Source of the DNA: Octopus sinensis
Taxonomy: Eukaryota
Length of the DNA: 64,000 bases
Direction: 5' to 3'
Assembly: GCF_006345805.1 (NCBI RefSeq)
Contig: NC_043019.1
Location: 23,559,360-23,623,359 of the forward strand
The position numbers were made by a program, and so were the translations under genes. Under the pieces are notes generated by a model. It saw nothing but the letters and a program-made list of their open reading frames with translations. It did not search any database and had not been told where the DNA came from. This document shows positions 50,815 through 63,539 of the stretch, in pieces (position 1 is the first letter of the stretch; each line of letters starts with the position of its first letter).

Positions 50815-52830
50815 TTAGCGCCGAAGAGGGAGATTAGAAACGGAGAAAGACCCGTGCGAATGGTGAAGATGGGAGCAAGTAAAAAAGTATGATAATGGAA
50901 GAATCTTAAAATAAACTGGAAAGTGGTTAGGCTTCGGGTTAGGGTTTGGTGTTAAACTGAATATATCTAAGGGAAAAATAAGTTTTGCTGGAATATTCTT
51001 ATTGCGACAGATATCCATGTAGAGAGCTTTAAAAGAGGAAGTTACTCTTCGAGGTTTATATTAGCTGTTTGGAAGAATAGACGGTTTAAAGTATTTATGT
51101 CTCTTAGTATATTCCTGCATGCATAGACAGACCTATTCTTGTGAGAAAGTAATATTTCTAGCTTCTTGGAAGGACAGACCTGTCAAGAATTCTTTGTGGG
51201 GATATGTATCGGCAAAACAAATGACTTTCCCTTTATGATATAATCCATATTCTTCGATTTAGTACTCCAGACAAATTTGCATAATGTGGTATAAAGTGGC
51301 TGCTTTGAATGGCTTAATGTATAAAAGTTGTGGGAATAATGAGTATTGAATGTGTTTACCGTTAATCTGCTGTCTTATTTAAAAAAGGAGTTAAAGTAAA
51401 CTAGAGCTTAGTAAATAATGGGCATGTTGTTGGGTGAACAGAGTTGCAGTGTTCGGGGAAAGGACTTAGTTTAATATGATTCATGTTGTGTTAGAAGTTC
51501 CTATAATAGCTCCATGATATTTATGATTTGGCAGGGAAATGTTTTTGTTATAGGTTTAAGAAGATTCTATCTTCAAAGCTGAGGACTTGTTAGCTGAGAG
51601 AAGGTTGATCCAATTAACATGAGTGATCTTTTTTTTCTGGATGCGTTAGGTATTTTTTTGGTAATATACTGTGTTTTTATGTGAAATATTTATACTAGCA
51701 CATCATTGTAGTATTGCAAAAGTTTTGTGAGAACAGATTCATTGGAGGGGCGTTTGAAATGTATATAGAAATACTTTTAAATAAATTAAGTGCGTAGATA
51801 GTTTTCTAATTAGCGTATGTCGAATACGGATTCATTGAAATTTATGTTGGGAGAAAACGGAATTGCTGAGGTGAAAAGTGACGTCTAAGAAATTAACTCT
51901 AAGCTTGATTCAACCGTAATGTTTAACTTGTAGTTTATGAAAAAAATGGTAAGGAATTTTCTAAACTTATCAGTTTGTTAGGAGTTGAAGTTACGAAGAA
52001 TTGGTAAATTGTCATTTCTACGCGTGCTGACGAGAATGTTGGCAAAACTGATTTATTGAGAATTCAGTCTACAAAAACCAGTGATATCTGTATTTCCGCT
52101 GAGATTTTCGAATCCATCTGATATCGCAGGAGAATGAGATTGCTTTTTTTTTTTATCCATAAGCTGTTATATTTCCTTGTGACTAGAGTAATATTAGTTT
52201 GTAAAGTTGTGGGAGGTGAAAAAGTGTTTTTATAAAAATGAGAGCATCCAAAGGAAGGGTTTCCGGGCGGAGGGTAAAATTGAGTGAATATATATATTCT
52301 TTATTGAACCAAAATAATTTGTGATTTAAAAAAGGGAAGGTCCTAACTTTGCTGTAGGATGCTTTTGTCGAGTATCCGTTTACTTATTATTCCGATATCT
52401 GTTTTAGTAGATTTAATTAGTTCTGTAAACGAATTCTTTGAAAAATTAGTCTTATGGTCCTCGAATGTAAAGTACGGCTTTTTGTAGAGATAGCGTGTTT
52501 ACTGTAACCATTATTTCGAGATCAGCTACTTTCCTTTTTTTTGCTTCTATGTTGTTTTTGTGTATGGTGGTAATAATGTGAGACAGTGATGCGTGGCACT
52601 TTTGCTCAAACTCATTGAGGATTTTATTCTTGTCGTGCCGTATATGAAATTCTGAAAGGTGTTGAAATAATTTAACTTGACTTTTATTATGACTTTCACG
52701 GATTAGTTGATTGTAATTTTGAATCGAACATTTTTGATATTTCAGAAAGTGTCATTTTCGAACGAGCGTAAGAAGTTATTTTGGGAAAGACATTTTGTTA
52801 GTTTAAAAACCATTTTGAAAGATCTAATTG
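50815..52830 (-). mobile_element. Decayed near-full-length Penelope-like retroelement (RT plus GIY-YIG-type C-terminus)
   Basis: Frameshifted motifs SFENDTF*NIKNVRF, RNDNLPILRN (YRDDGL-like), KLNITVESSL-RVNFLDVTF (51874-51900), KSIS...SNESVLTKLLQYYNDVL, TTLCKFVWSTKSKNMDYII. Confidence 0.8.
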
Positions 52831-53245
52831 GCAAAAAGGGTTCAGCCCCTCACTTATTTGTTTACATGTTCCATTTTAAATAGTTTTCCTACTTCAGATG
52901 TATTCATCTCATTTCTCCCCAACCATTGCTTCCCCCCTCGCCCCAGCCAGCACTTAACTCTTTCTCTTGCTCTTATTTCTTCTTCGCCCACGTCTTCCTA
53001 GAAATTTAAACACAAAACATTTTTTCGAGGTTCTTTCATTACAATTTGATAATTTGAAACAGAAAGAAAAAAGAAGAAAGCTTTTAGTTGCTGTTAAACG
53101 GATTCTTTTCAGCTTTTATTAAATTAGTAAAAAAATATTTCACTTCTTGCATTGCGCTGTTTTTACTCGTTCAGCTTTGTACACACATACAGATAGCATT
53201 TTCTTAATTACACCCACCCACACACACACTCACATACACACACAC

Positions 53246-53246
<1 letters not shown>

Positions 53247-53276
<30 letters not shown>

Positions 53277-53386
53277 TGTATGTATGTATGTATGTATGTA
53301 TGTATGTATGTATGTATGTGTATAAGTATGTATGTATGTATGTATGTATGTACGTACGTACGTATGTATATATGTATGTATGTATG

Positions 53387-53422
<36 letters not shown>

Positions 53423-53547
53423 TGTATGATGTATGTATGTATGTATGTATGTATGTATGTATGTATGTATGTATGTATGTGTGTATGTATGTATGTATGT
53501 ATGTATGTATATATGTATGTATGCATGTACGTACGTACGTATGTATG

Positions 53548-53581
<34 letters not shown>

Positions 53582-54152
53582 TGTATGTATGTATGTATGT
53601 ATGTATGCATGTATGTATGTATATATGTATGTGTGTATGTATGTATGTATGTTTGTATATATGTATGTGTGTATGTATGTATGTTTGTATGTATATATGT
53701 ATGTGTGTATGTATGTATGTATGTACGTACGTACGTACGTATGTAGTATGTATGTATGTATGTATGTATGTATGTATGTATTTATGTGTGTATGTATGTA
53801 TGTATGTATGCATGTATGCATGTATGTATGTATATATGTATGTGTGTAAGTATGTATGTATGTATGTATGTTTGTATGTATGTATGCATGTACGTATATA
53901 CATATTGTATGTATGTATGTATGTACGTATGTACGTACGTACGTACGTACGTACGTATGTATGTATGTATGTATGTATGTATGTATGTGTGTATGTATGT
54001 ATGTACGTATGTATGTATGTATGCATGTATGCATGTATGTATATATGTATGTGTGTAAGTATGTATGTATGTATGTATGTTTTATGTATGTATGTATGTA
54101 TGTACGTACGTATGTACGTACGTACGTATGTATGTATGTATGTATGTATGTA
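53247..54152. repeat. ~900-bp (TATG)n array with TACG/TGCA variants
   Basis: Directly visible; source of the YVCM/HTYI ORFs. Confidence 0.95.
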
Positions 54153-54545
54153 GAGGCGTGAATATCGTCTTCAAACAGCGTCGCCATTTCTGAAGAAATC
54201 TTCAAGAAATTTTGCAACCAGAATAGCGAACGAATACAGCAAAGCGAAAGAAAACAAAGCAAATCCAGTCTCCACCCCGACCTACAGGACAAAACAGGGA
54301 GGGTTAGAAAAGTGATGTAGAAAGGACGACCGTTTAACTGAGGTTGTTTGCGAAAGACAAGCAGTTAAATGGAGAGGGACGAATAACGACTCCTCACAGC
54401 AATATTCTAAGAGACATCATTTTGTGACCGTAAACTCTCTTCTACTCTTTCAATCTTTCTTTAATCAATCATCACTCCTTATCACTCTGAATTTCTCTCT
54501 CTCTCAGACAACAATGTGCATATATACCTATGCATTAGCTCAAAC

Positions 54546-54625
<80 letters not shown>

Positions 54626-54627
<2 letters not shown>

Positions 54628-54856
54628 TTCTTTACTACCCACAACGGGCTAAACATAGAGGGGGCAAACAAGGACAGACAAACGAATTAAGTCGATTACA
54701 TCGACCCCAGTGCGTAACTGGTACTTAGTTTATCGACCCCGAAAGGATGAAAGGCAAAGTCGACCTCGGCGGAATTTGAACTCGGAACGTAACGACAGAC
54801 GAAATACTGCTACGAATTTCGCCCGGCGTGCTAACGTTTCTACCAGCTCGCCGCCT
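54626..54856 (-). mobile_element. SINE family B
   Basis: Full-length reverse-complement match. Confidence 0.8.
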
Positions 54857-55125
54857 ATATATATATGTATATATATATACATCCAGCTATACACGCACAT
54901 GTACACACACACACACACGCACGCACGCACGCACGCACGAACACACATGTACACACATATGTACGCATATGAAGCGTGTAAATAAATTTATATAAAAATT
55001 ATGTACATCCTCATTGGCTGCGTATCACATACTTGCATACGTCTTTTACACATACTTATATCACACTGACACACACGCCAACTCACACACCGACACACAC
55101 ACCAACACGGGCGCACACACACACA

Positions 55126-55173
<48 letters not shown>

Positions 55174-55365
55174 GGTTAACACTATCTTTTATTTTCAGAA
55201 GGGCGGATAGCTCGCACGCTTCGGTGTTTATATCGGTGTTGTTGCATGCTTTGATGACGATTGTTTTTGTCAGGAATCATTTGTGCGCGATGGTGATTGT
55301 TTCGCATATACTCTTTGTTTTACCGGTGATAACATGTATCTTTGGTGATTGTCTGCTGTCTATTA

Positions 55366-55730
55366 TCTCTCTCTATATAAACGGCAGTTTGTCTGTGTGT
55401 GTTTCTGTTAGGTTGTACCCTCACCCTGACCACGGCTTTCAACCGATTCTGATGAAACTTGACACACACATAGCCCAATGTCATAATTCAAAACTAACGC
55501 AGCGAAAATTTTGAAAAGTTCTCCCAGTTCTGAAAAAAATCGATAAATTCGACATGGGGTCGAGAATCAGAAACACAAACCACAGACCGTCTAGGGGACG
55601 CAACTTGACCTTTTTAACTAAAAAAAAAATTTGCCATCATTTTTTTTCCCATTTTTTGGCTATAACTCTCTAAAAATGCTTTATAGTTATTTCCCTTACA
55701 AACCCGAGCAACGCCGGGCGATACTGCTAG
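55366..55730 (+). mobile_element. Non-autonomous Helitron
   Basis: Same 3' hairpin (55703-55718) and CTAG|T end; 5' boundary approximate. Confidence 0.75.
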
Positions 55731-55744
55731 TGTAACTTTAAAAA

Positions 55745-56060
55745 AATTCAAGATATGGTTAGAACGATGTTGAAATCTTACATTTTTGGTGATGTCTATC
55801 GAATCAGCTTCGTAAAATTCTCACTTCTGTTTATCTGGGGAGGGTATTTTCGTGATTTGAAGCCGAAGTTATTTGCGAATGAACTGGTGGTCGGATTCTC
55901 CAAGTAGACATTCCAGCGCATGCGTTTGATCACACTTCCCGTTTTCTCAGTCAGACATATAAAACAGAGTTTCCTTGGTGGTATTCGAACGTTTTTCAAC
56001 GAGTATAAAAGCAACTGACTTTCCATCTTCCACTGTTTATTCTTCGTTTATGGGTAGAGC
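55745..56060 (-). mobile_element. Penelope-like ORF N-terminal fragment
   Basis: YSLKNVRIPPRK...LTEKTGSVIKRMRW...NNFGFKSRKYPPQIN matches the Penelope N-terminal region. It covers the same segment as the 5' end of the 52.8-kb relic, so it is a separate copy. Confidence 0.8.
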
Positions 56061-56385
56061 TCTACAACGATAAGAACAGTTAAACGAACGGGCGAACACC
56101 AGTGAATTGTGTCCTTAAGCAAGTCACTTTATTCCACGATAGTCCAGTCTATTCAGAAAAAAAGCAACAACAGGAGTACAAGCCGAGAGTTGGTGCAGTC
56201 CTCTCACCCCCCTCTCCCCCAGCTGTCATATTCTCTGCGTTTTACAGGGTCAAAAGTAGTACAACCGAGAAGGTGTGTTTGTCTACACGTAACTACGTAG
56301 AGCATAGGGACCTAATACAATTACCGAAAGCATGGAACATATTGACAAGTCATACACACCTGCGAGTGATGGTTACTTACACACA

Positions 56386-56435
<50 letters not shown>

Positions 56436-56576
56436 ACACACAGACAGACAGACAGACATATATATATATATGTTTGTGTGTATATATATGTTTGTGTGCA
56501 TATATATGTAGGAGTGTGTATACATTATGCAAAATATGGGGCACTGTTATAGGAATGTCAGAGTGCCTTACAAGCA

Positions 56577-56638
<62 letters not shown>

Positions 56639-56979
56639 AGTGCAACCTGACATACTTAATGAACTGAATCAAAGCGACATTGTACGTAATTAAAGTTACA
56701 TTAGTAATTAAATGAAAATTAATTAGCGTTAATGATAATTCTTGCGAAAAGTAGCAATACTGATGAAGTCTCACTCTCTATTGCACACCCACATTTAATT
56801 TTCAATTAATTTTAATTGTGGACCGTTATTGCTGATGAATGTCTTTCATTAAAGATGTAATTTTAGTTTATTAAAATAATTCAGATCAACGCATTAAATA
56901 TATTCGCCTTCACTTAACTATATTTTCTTTATGCAGAAGGCATCTCTGTAGTATTTTCCTGTCTCATTATTTTCATTTA

Positions 56980-57374
56980 TCTTTATATATAAAAGTAAGG
57001 TTGTGTGTCTGTCTCCTACGATTTAGATTACTAGCTACTCCCACATTTTGCGGTGCAGTTTAACCAAAACCGGGTATCTTATAGTCGTGATTCATATCGA
57101 GCATTCTGGGTATTAGCGAACGTCTACGATGAGTCTACGATTTTAAAAATAATTTACCATCATTTTTTTCCATTTTAATGCATTTGTTTCGCTATTATAT
57201 AAGGGAAGTAACTCTCTAAAAATGTCTACGATGAGTCAACGATTTAAAAAAAATTTACCAGAATTTTTTTCCATTTTTAATGCATTTTTTTGCTAATTTT
57301 TGGCTATAACTCTCTAAAAATGCTTTATAGTTATTTCCCTTACAAACCCGAGCAACGCCGGGCGATACTGCTAG
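56980..57374 (+). mobile_element. Non-autonomous Helitron
   Basis: A|TCTTTATATATAAAAG...CCCGAGCAACGCCGGG hairpin...CTAG|T. Confidence 0.8.
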
Positions 57375-57739
57375 TGCTTTATATTCAGTTGTGAGCAAGA
57401 CATTTTATTTCACGTTACCCTAGTTCACTCAGTTGGCAAAAATGTGTTGTACCTGTAATACAAAGGGGAACCAGTCTTGTCACATTCTGTCACGCTGAAT
57501 CTCTCAGAGAACTGCATTAAGGGTACGCGTGTCTGTAGAATGCTCAGCCTCTTGCATGTTAATTTCACGAGCCGGCTGTTCTGTCGATCGGATTAACTGG
57601 AACCCTCGTCGTCGCAACCGACGGTGTACCAGTTTTTTTTTTTTTTATATTCCTTTGTTGGTTAAGTTATTGGTAGATGCTTTATATTCATTTGTCAGTC
57701 AACCTCAGGCGTGACAGCTACATGTAAGACTCATACTTC

Positions 57740-57969
57740 GGCGAGCTGGCAGAAACGTTAGCACGCCGGGCGAAATGCGTAGCCGTATTTCGTCTGCCGT
57801 TACGTTCTGAGTTCAAATTCCGCCGAGGTCGACTTTGCCTTTCATCCTTTCGGGGTCGATAAATTAAGTACCAGTTACGCACTGGGGTTCGATATAATCG
57901 AATTAATCCGTTTGTCTGTCCTTGTTTGTCCCCTCTGTGTTTAGCCCCTTGTGGGTAGTAAAGATATAG
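57740..57969 (+). mobile_element. SINE family B
   Basis: 16-bp TSD GTAAGACTCATACTTC at 57724-57739 and 57970-57985. Confidence 0.88.
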
Positions 57970-58252
57970 GTAAGACTCATACTTCACCGAAGGGTTGTTA
58001 GTAACTTCGAGTATAAAGAAACATATTGTAATAAAGACACTAAAGTCTTAACAAAGTATGTCTCTAAATGCGGCCGACCTGATCGAATACGCCCATTCCT
58101 TGCTGTAAAGTGGTTGATAATAGGAAAGGAAAAGGCTAGCTAACGAAACCATATGGAAATCAGAAGTCACAAATACAATGAAAGGAAAAAGTTGTGCAGA
58201 TAAGATTATGACTCACCTCATTGCCAGTGTTTCGCACGACAATGGTGTTGTT

Positions 58253-58950
58253 AGGTGTGAACTTCTGTTCTGTGTAAAAAACCTTAACAGTTACATCAAC
58301 TTCTGACACAGAAAACAGACAACCAGCGACTCATCCACCTTCGAAAATTCCTCTTCTCTGTCAGGGGTTGCTACGCTCAAACTCCAAGGTTGTCACTCTC
58401 AACGTTGACACGAATGAAAGGTTATAGATGTCTTGTAAGGAGGGAAAAAAAAATTATAGAAATTTTGGAGCAGAGATGTGTGTACAAGAGGTAAGGATAT
58501 GGGGCCTCAGTTAGACTCCTTATAGACAAGGAGGTGTGAACTTCTGTTCTGTGTAAAAAAACCTTAACAATTACATCAACTTCTGACACAGAAAACAGAC
58601 AACCAGCGATTCATCCAACTTCGAAAACCGCTCTTCTCTGTCAGGGGTTGCTACGCTCAAACTCCAAGGTTGTCACTCTCAACGTTGACACGAAGGAAAG
58701 GTTATAGATGTCTTGTAGGGAGGGAAAAAATTATAGAAATTTTGGAGCAGAGATGTGTGTACAAGAGGTAAGGATATGAGGCCTCAGTTAGACTCCTTAT
58801 AGGCTAGGCAAGGAACAAAGGTAAAAATCATTCAAGGCGGATATAAGTGCGCTGGAGTAAGGTGGGTAGACATATTGTTGGCAGAAAATGGATAAAGTAA
58901 CTAAGGTTGTCAGAATAAGTGACAAAATAATTTCACTCAGACAACTCATG
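58253..58950 (+). mobile_element. RTE LINE 5'/endonuclease relic with 279-bp tandem duplication
   Basis: Units start at 58253 and 58532. They encode TLNVDT...EIIEILEQR...VQEVR-like motifs, followed by a frameshifted DILLAE...KVVRISDKIISLR. Confidence 0.7.
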
Positions 58951-58982
58951 AGCACACAACAACAACAGTAGCAACAATAGAA

Positions 58983-59320
58983 GAGGTGCAATGGCCCAGT
59001 GGTTAGGGCAGCGGACTCGCGGTCGGAGGATCGAGGTTTCGATTCCCAGACCGGGCGTTGTGTGTGTTTATTGAGCGAAAACACCTAAAGCTCCACGATG
59101 CTCCGGCAGGGGGGGTGGGTGGCGACTCCTGTTGTACTCTTTCGCCCCAACTTTCTCTCACTCTTCTTTCCCGTTTCTTGTCCCCGACTTCCTAAGCAAT
59201 CGCTGAGCCTGGATGCGCATTCATCCACCCGTCGATGCTCTCGGTGTTGGGGGTTGACCTGCTTTCTCTTCTGCGGGTCTTACGAATAGCAAAGTACCAC
59301 GTTTCGGACTTCTCCCACTA
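58983..59320 (+). mobile_element. SINE family A head with a different 3' body
   Basis: Same head; diverges after CTGTTGTACTCTTTCGCC. Confidence 0.7.
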
Positions 59321-59377
59321 ATGGGACGAAGACCGCTTCGCTCAACAAACAAACAAAACAAACAAAGCAGCAGCAGC

Positions 59378-59411
<34 letters not shown>

Positions 59412-59720
59412 GCAACAACAATCTCTGATTATGAACCAAAGCCAGAACCGGTAAAGTAGTAAAAGACCGTTTCAGTAAAGCTTTCTTGAAGACAACGTCA
59501 ATACCGAATGGTAACAATTTAGCCTGTTTTTTGGTAAGAATTACCATTAAAGTTAAATATCTCCCCCTTCTTTACAGGTAGAATCTTAATTGAAATTAAA
59601 TTTTCCCGCCCAATGCATTAAGTACATTAGCGCAGCCGTCCCAGGCAACCAGACATGTTCTTCGTTAGTAAAGCATTCATAGGAAAGTGTGCGTGCGCGC
59701 GCGTGTATGTGTGTGTATAT

Positions 59721-59777
<57 letters not shown>

Positions 59778-62700
59778 AACTTTCTTGGAAATGGATGCGT
59801 GGCGTTCAATTAAATAATAATATAAATGATATATATATATGTATATATATATATATGTATATATATGTATATATATATGTATATAAATATGTATATATAG
59901 ATACACGCGCACACACACACACACACACACACATATATAAGCAAAAATTTAGATTCAGAAGAATTAGGTACTTAAGTTGAGGCACCCGAATTTACTACGG
60001 TATTATCCATAGAGTTTCAAAATAAGGGGATTAAAATCAAAATAAGCAACTGGATATCCAGAGGCAATACAGTACGATCGTTTCAAGCGACTCCATTTAA
60101 TTGAACAATGCAACCATTAGATCAATTTAAATGCAGAGCCATCCTCATCTGCATAAATACATAGAATTAAATTAAATTAAAGCAGATGGACACATTAGTA
60201 TAATTTTACCTAAAACCTCCAAGAAGGTAAGGAGATAGACACAGGACATCACCAACTGTGTAAACAACATGAAGTACAAAAACAAACGAGTTAAATATGT
60301 AAACAACGTGAGAAAAAATGGACAACAGGACAAGTAACACAGAGAACGACCGTTCATCAGTTGTCGGCTGTATATCTACTCCTCATTTCGAGCATTCAAC
60401 GACAATATGAATCTTCGAAGACAGTTGTTCCCTTAAATTCCAAAATAAAATTTTGGATTTATTGAGAGTCAAAGTTGGGAACAAAAGCAGGACAGTGGAG
60501 ACATACAAGGAAACCGAACAAAAACAAACATTGAGGGTCGTTAGACCAGAACGAGAGGAAAATAGTGAACGCAGGCAGAAATATTTTCTTTGAAGAGAGA
60601 AAAGATAGAAGAGAGAGAAATAAAAATGTCCAGTCCTTTGAACGTCGTGCAAGAAAAGAAAGATGGACGATGGTCACGTGTGAGCAACGCGAGAGAGAGA
60701 AAATAGAAAGAGGGAGAATGAGAGAACGTTGAAGGGGAGAAAACGGCAATTAGAGAAGGATGGGGAGAAAACAATATAGACTTGATAGCAAACTGCAGCG
60801 AAATTGCCTTTAGAAGTTTAGTTCAGTTTTTGAACTAAACAGGAGGAGGTACGTGGGTTGGAAGTGTCGCTGAAAAGGTCACAGGTGCGTGACGAAATAT
60901 TTTCAGACAATGGACATAAGATAGTATAAGAACAATAATAAACGAGTGAAGAATGAATATACAGTGCGTGTGTTTATTTGGAAAGCAAAAAACAAAAAAG
61001 AGACCGTCCCGAAATATAACACACTGGGCGAAATGCTTAACAGTGTTTCGTCTGTCTTTACGTTTTCATTCTTTTGAGGTCGGTAAATTAAGTATCAGTT
61101 GCGTACTGGGGTCGATCTATTCGTCTAGTCCCCTCCCCCAAAAATTTCGGGCTTTGTGCTTAGGGTAGAAAAGAGTATCTGTTTCAACACACGATTTCAC
61201 ATCAGAAATCTTGCAAAACAAATTCATAAACGATAAAATAAATAACAAAAAAAAGTCAAAAACAAAAAAAAACAACAACAAAAAACAACAACAACAAACC
61301 CCCAAAAAAACAAACAAACAAAAAGAGTAAGTACATATGGTATACAAATAATAACAACTTTAAAATACCATACAGTCGGAAAGCATAAAATATGTTTTAT
61401 GAGGGAAAAAAGCTGTAATAAACTAACTTTTATGATTGTTACAAATACTTTACTGTAAAGTTGGAACTCCACATTACTGTAACCATTATTTCTTTTGACT
61501 GCTTTAGTATTGGCTTTCAATGACAACGACGACGACGACCACGACGGTCGTTATGGGTATTATCTTATTGTTGTACTCATATAATTTTCCTTTTTTCCGA
61601 GGTTACCGTGGTTTTTTCGTGGGTTTTTCTCTCCACGGATAACTCTAGTCAGTGTTATATTTTCTCCCCGTTTTGGGAATATAAATTGTTAAAAACGACA
61701 CCTTCTTATCTACTTGTGTACACGCCCCAAAAACGTTTTGCGATCCCTATTGAGCGGTTTCGAAAAGAAAGGTTCTACATTGTACTGTCCCCTCTGTGTT
61801 CGGCCCTGCGTGACCATCGTCCATCTTTCTTTTCCTGCACGACGTTCAAAGGACTGGACATTTTTCTTTCTCTTTCTTCTATCTTTTCTCTCTTTAAAGT
61901 GCTGCTGCTGTTGTTGTTGTTGTTTATCCCCTGGTCAGTCTCATAAAACAGACCTGTGAATATTCCTGAATATTCCATCCTGTATATTTTCCAGTCAGAG
62001 AGTATCTCGAGGATTAGAATTAACCAACGTGCCGTGGCTTTGTTTGCTAAAAAAAACGAGTTTAAGCGATTTGAGGGAGAATTGCTTGTTATTTCAGAGG
62101 CTGAGTGACTGCGTAGAGGCTCCTTCGTTGTTTTTCGTAACTGTGCAGTTGATATTACTGGTAGCGAGGAGTTTCAAGTCAACACAAACTGGCGTGGTTG
62201 TGTGGGAAGAAGCTTGCTTTCCAACCACATGGTTCCGGGTTCAGTTCCACTGCATTGCATCTTGGACAAGTGTCTTCTACTATAACCTTGGGCCGATTAA
62301 AGCCTTGTGAATGAATTTGGTAGATAGAAACTGAAAGAAGCCCGTCGTTTATATGTATATATATGTGTGTGTCTTTACGTCTGTGTTTATCCCCAGCCAC
62401 TCACAGCTTGACAACCGTTGTTGGTTTGTTTACGTCGTACAAGGCTTATCAGATGATTAGATTGAACAGTAAAAGATATAGAAAGAAACAATAGCAACAA
62501 TGACAAGAAAATAGAGTTAAAAATTACATTAACTAAACAGAAAAAATAACAAAAATACATAAAGATTTAAGATATACGATAATTTATTTTGTATAGTTGC
62601 GGGCGTGGGTGTATTGGTTAAGACGTCTGCCTGGAAAGCATTCGGTTTCGGGGTTCCAGTCTCACAGCGCGTCACTGTGTTTTCTATTATCAATATTTTG

Positions 62701-62845
62701 TGGGAATTTGGTGCACAGAAACTGTGCGGAAGCTCGTCGTGGGTGTGGATGTGGGTGCGTACACATACGTACAAACACACACACTCACAGTGCGTGCGTA
62801 CACACACACGTATAAACACACACAGTGCGTGCGTACACACACGTA

Positions 62846-62886
<41 letters not shown>

Positions 62887-63283
62887 GCACACATATAAGC
62901 ACAGCTGCGAGGTTTCGGGTTCAGTCACACTGCACGGCACCTTAAGTAAGTGTCATCTACTATAGTACCGAGCCGACCAATGATTTGTGAGTGAATTTAG
63001 CAGGCGAAAACTGCGTAGAAGTCCGTCATGTGTGTATGTGTGTGTGTGTGTGGAGGGGGACATTTCCCTGTTTGTTCAATCCACACCGCTTGACGACCGT
63101 TGCTGGTTTGTTTACGTCCCCGTAATTTAGCTGTTCGGCAAAATAATCGGTAGACTATGTGCTAGATTAAAAAGAACTACTAAGGTTGATCTGTTCAACT
63201 AAACCCTACCAAGTGGTGGCCCAGCATGGAACAGTACAATGACGAAAACAGGCAAAATATTATATATATATGTGTGTGTGTGT

Positions 63284-63326
<43 letters not shown>

Positions 63327-63450
63327 CTGTAGTCCAATGACTGAAGCTAGTAAAATAATGTGACAGTGACTTACGAGAGCGACAGGCACATTTCGCCTTT
63401 CTTGAGGCTTGTCAGCATCTTTTCACCTGCTTAAACACTTAAGAAGGTAA

Positions 63451-63539
63451 AAACATTGACAAGCCTCAAGAAAGGCGAAATCCGCGCGAACACACTATCT
63501 TAAAGATGGTGTATTTGGCAGTGACACCGGATTTTGTTT
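63451..63539 (+). ncRNA. Putative type I hammerhead-like motif, U3:A8 core variant
   Basis: AAACA-TTGACAA-GCCT-caagaa-AGGC-GAAA-TCCG-(insert with hairpin)-CGGA-TT-T(T)GTTT; stem I has a 1-nt bulge. Confidence 0.45.

Noticed and set aside
53147-54292. Long ORFs (up to 362 aa) of YVCM/HTYI repeats, and similar YI/HT/ER ORFs elsewhere
   Set aside because: These are translations of stop-free microsatellites, not genes.
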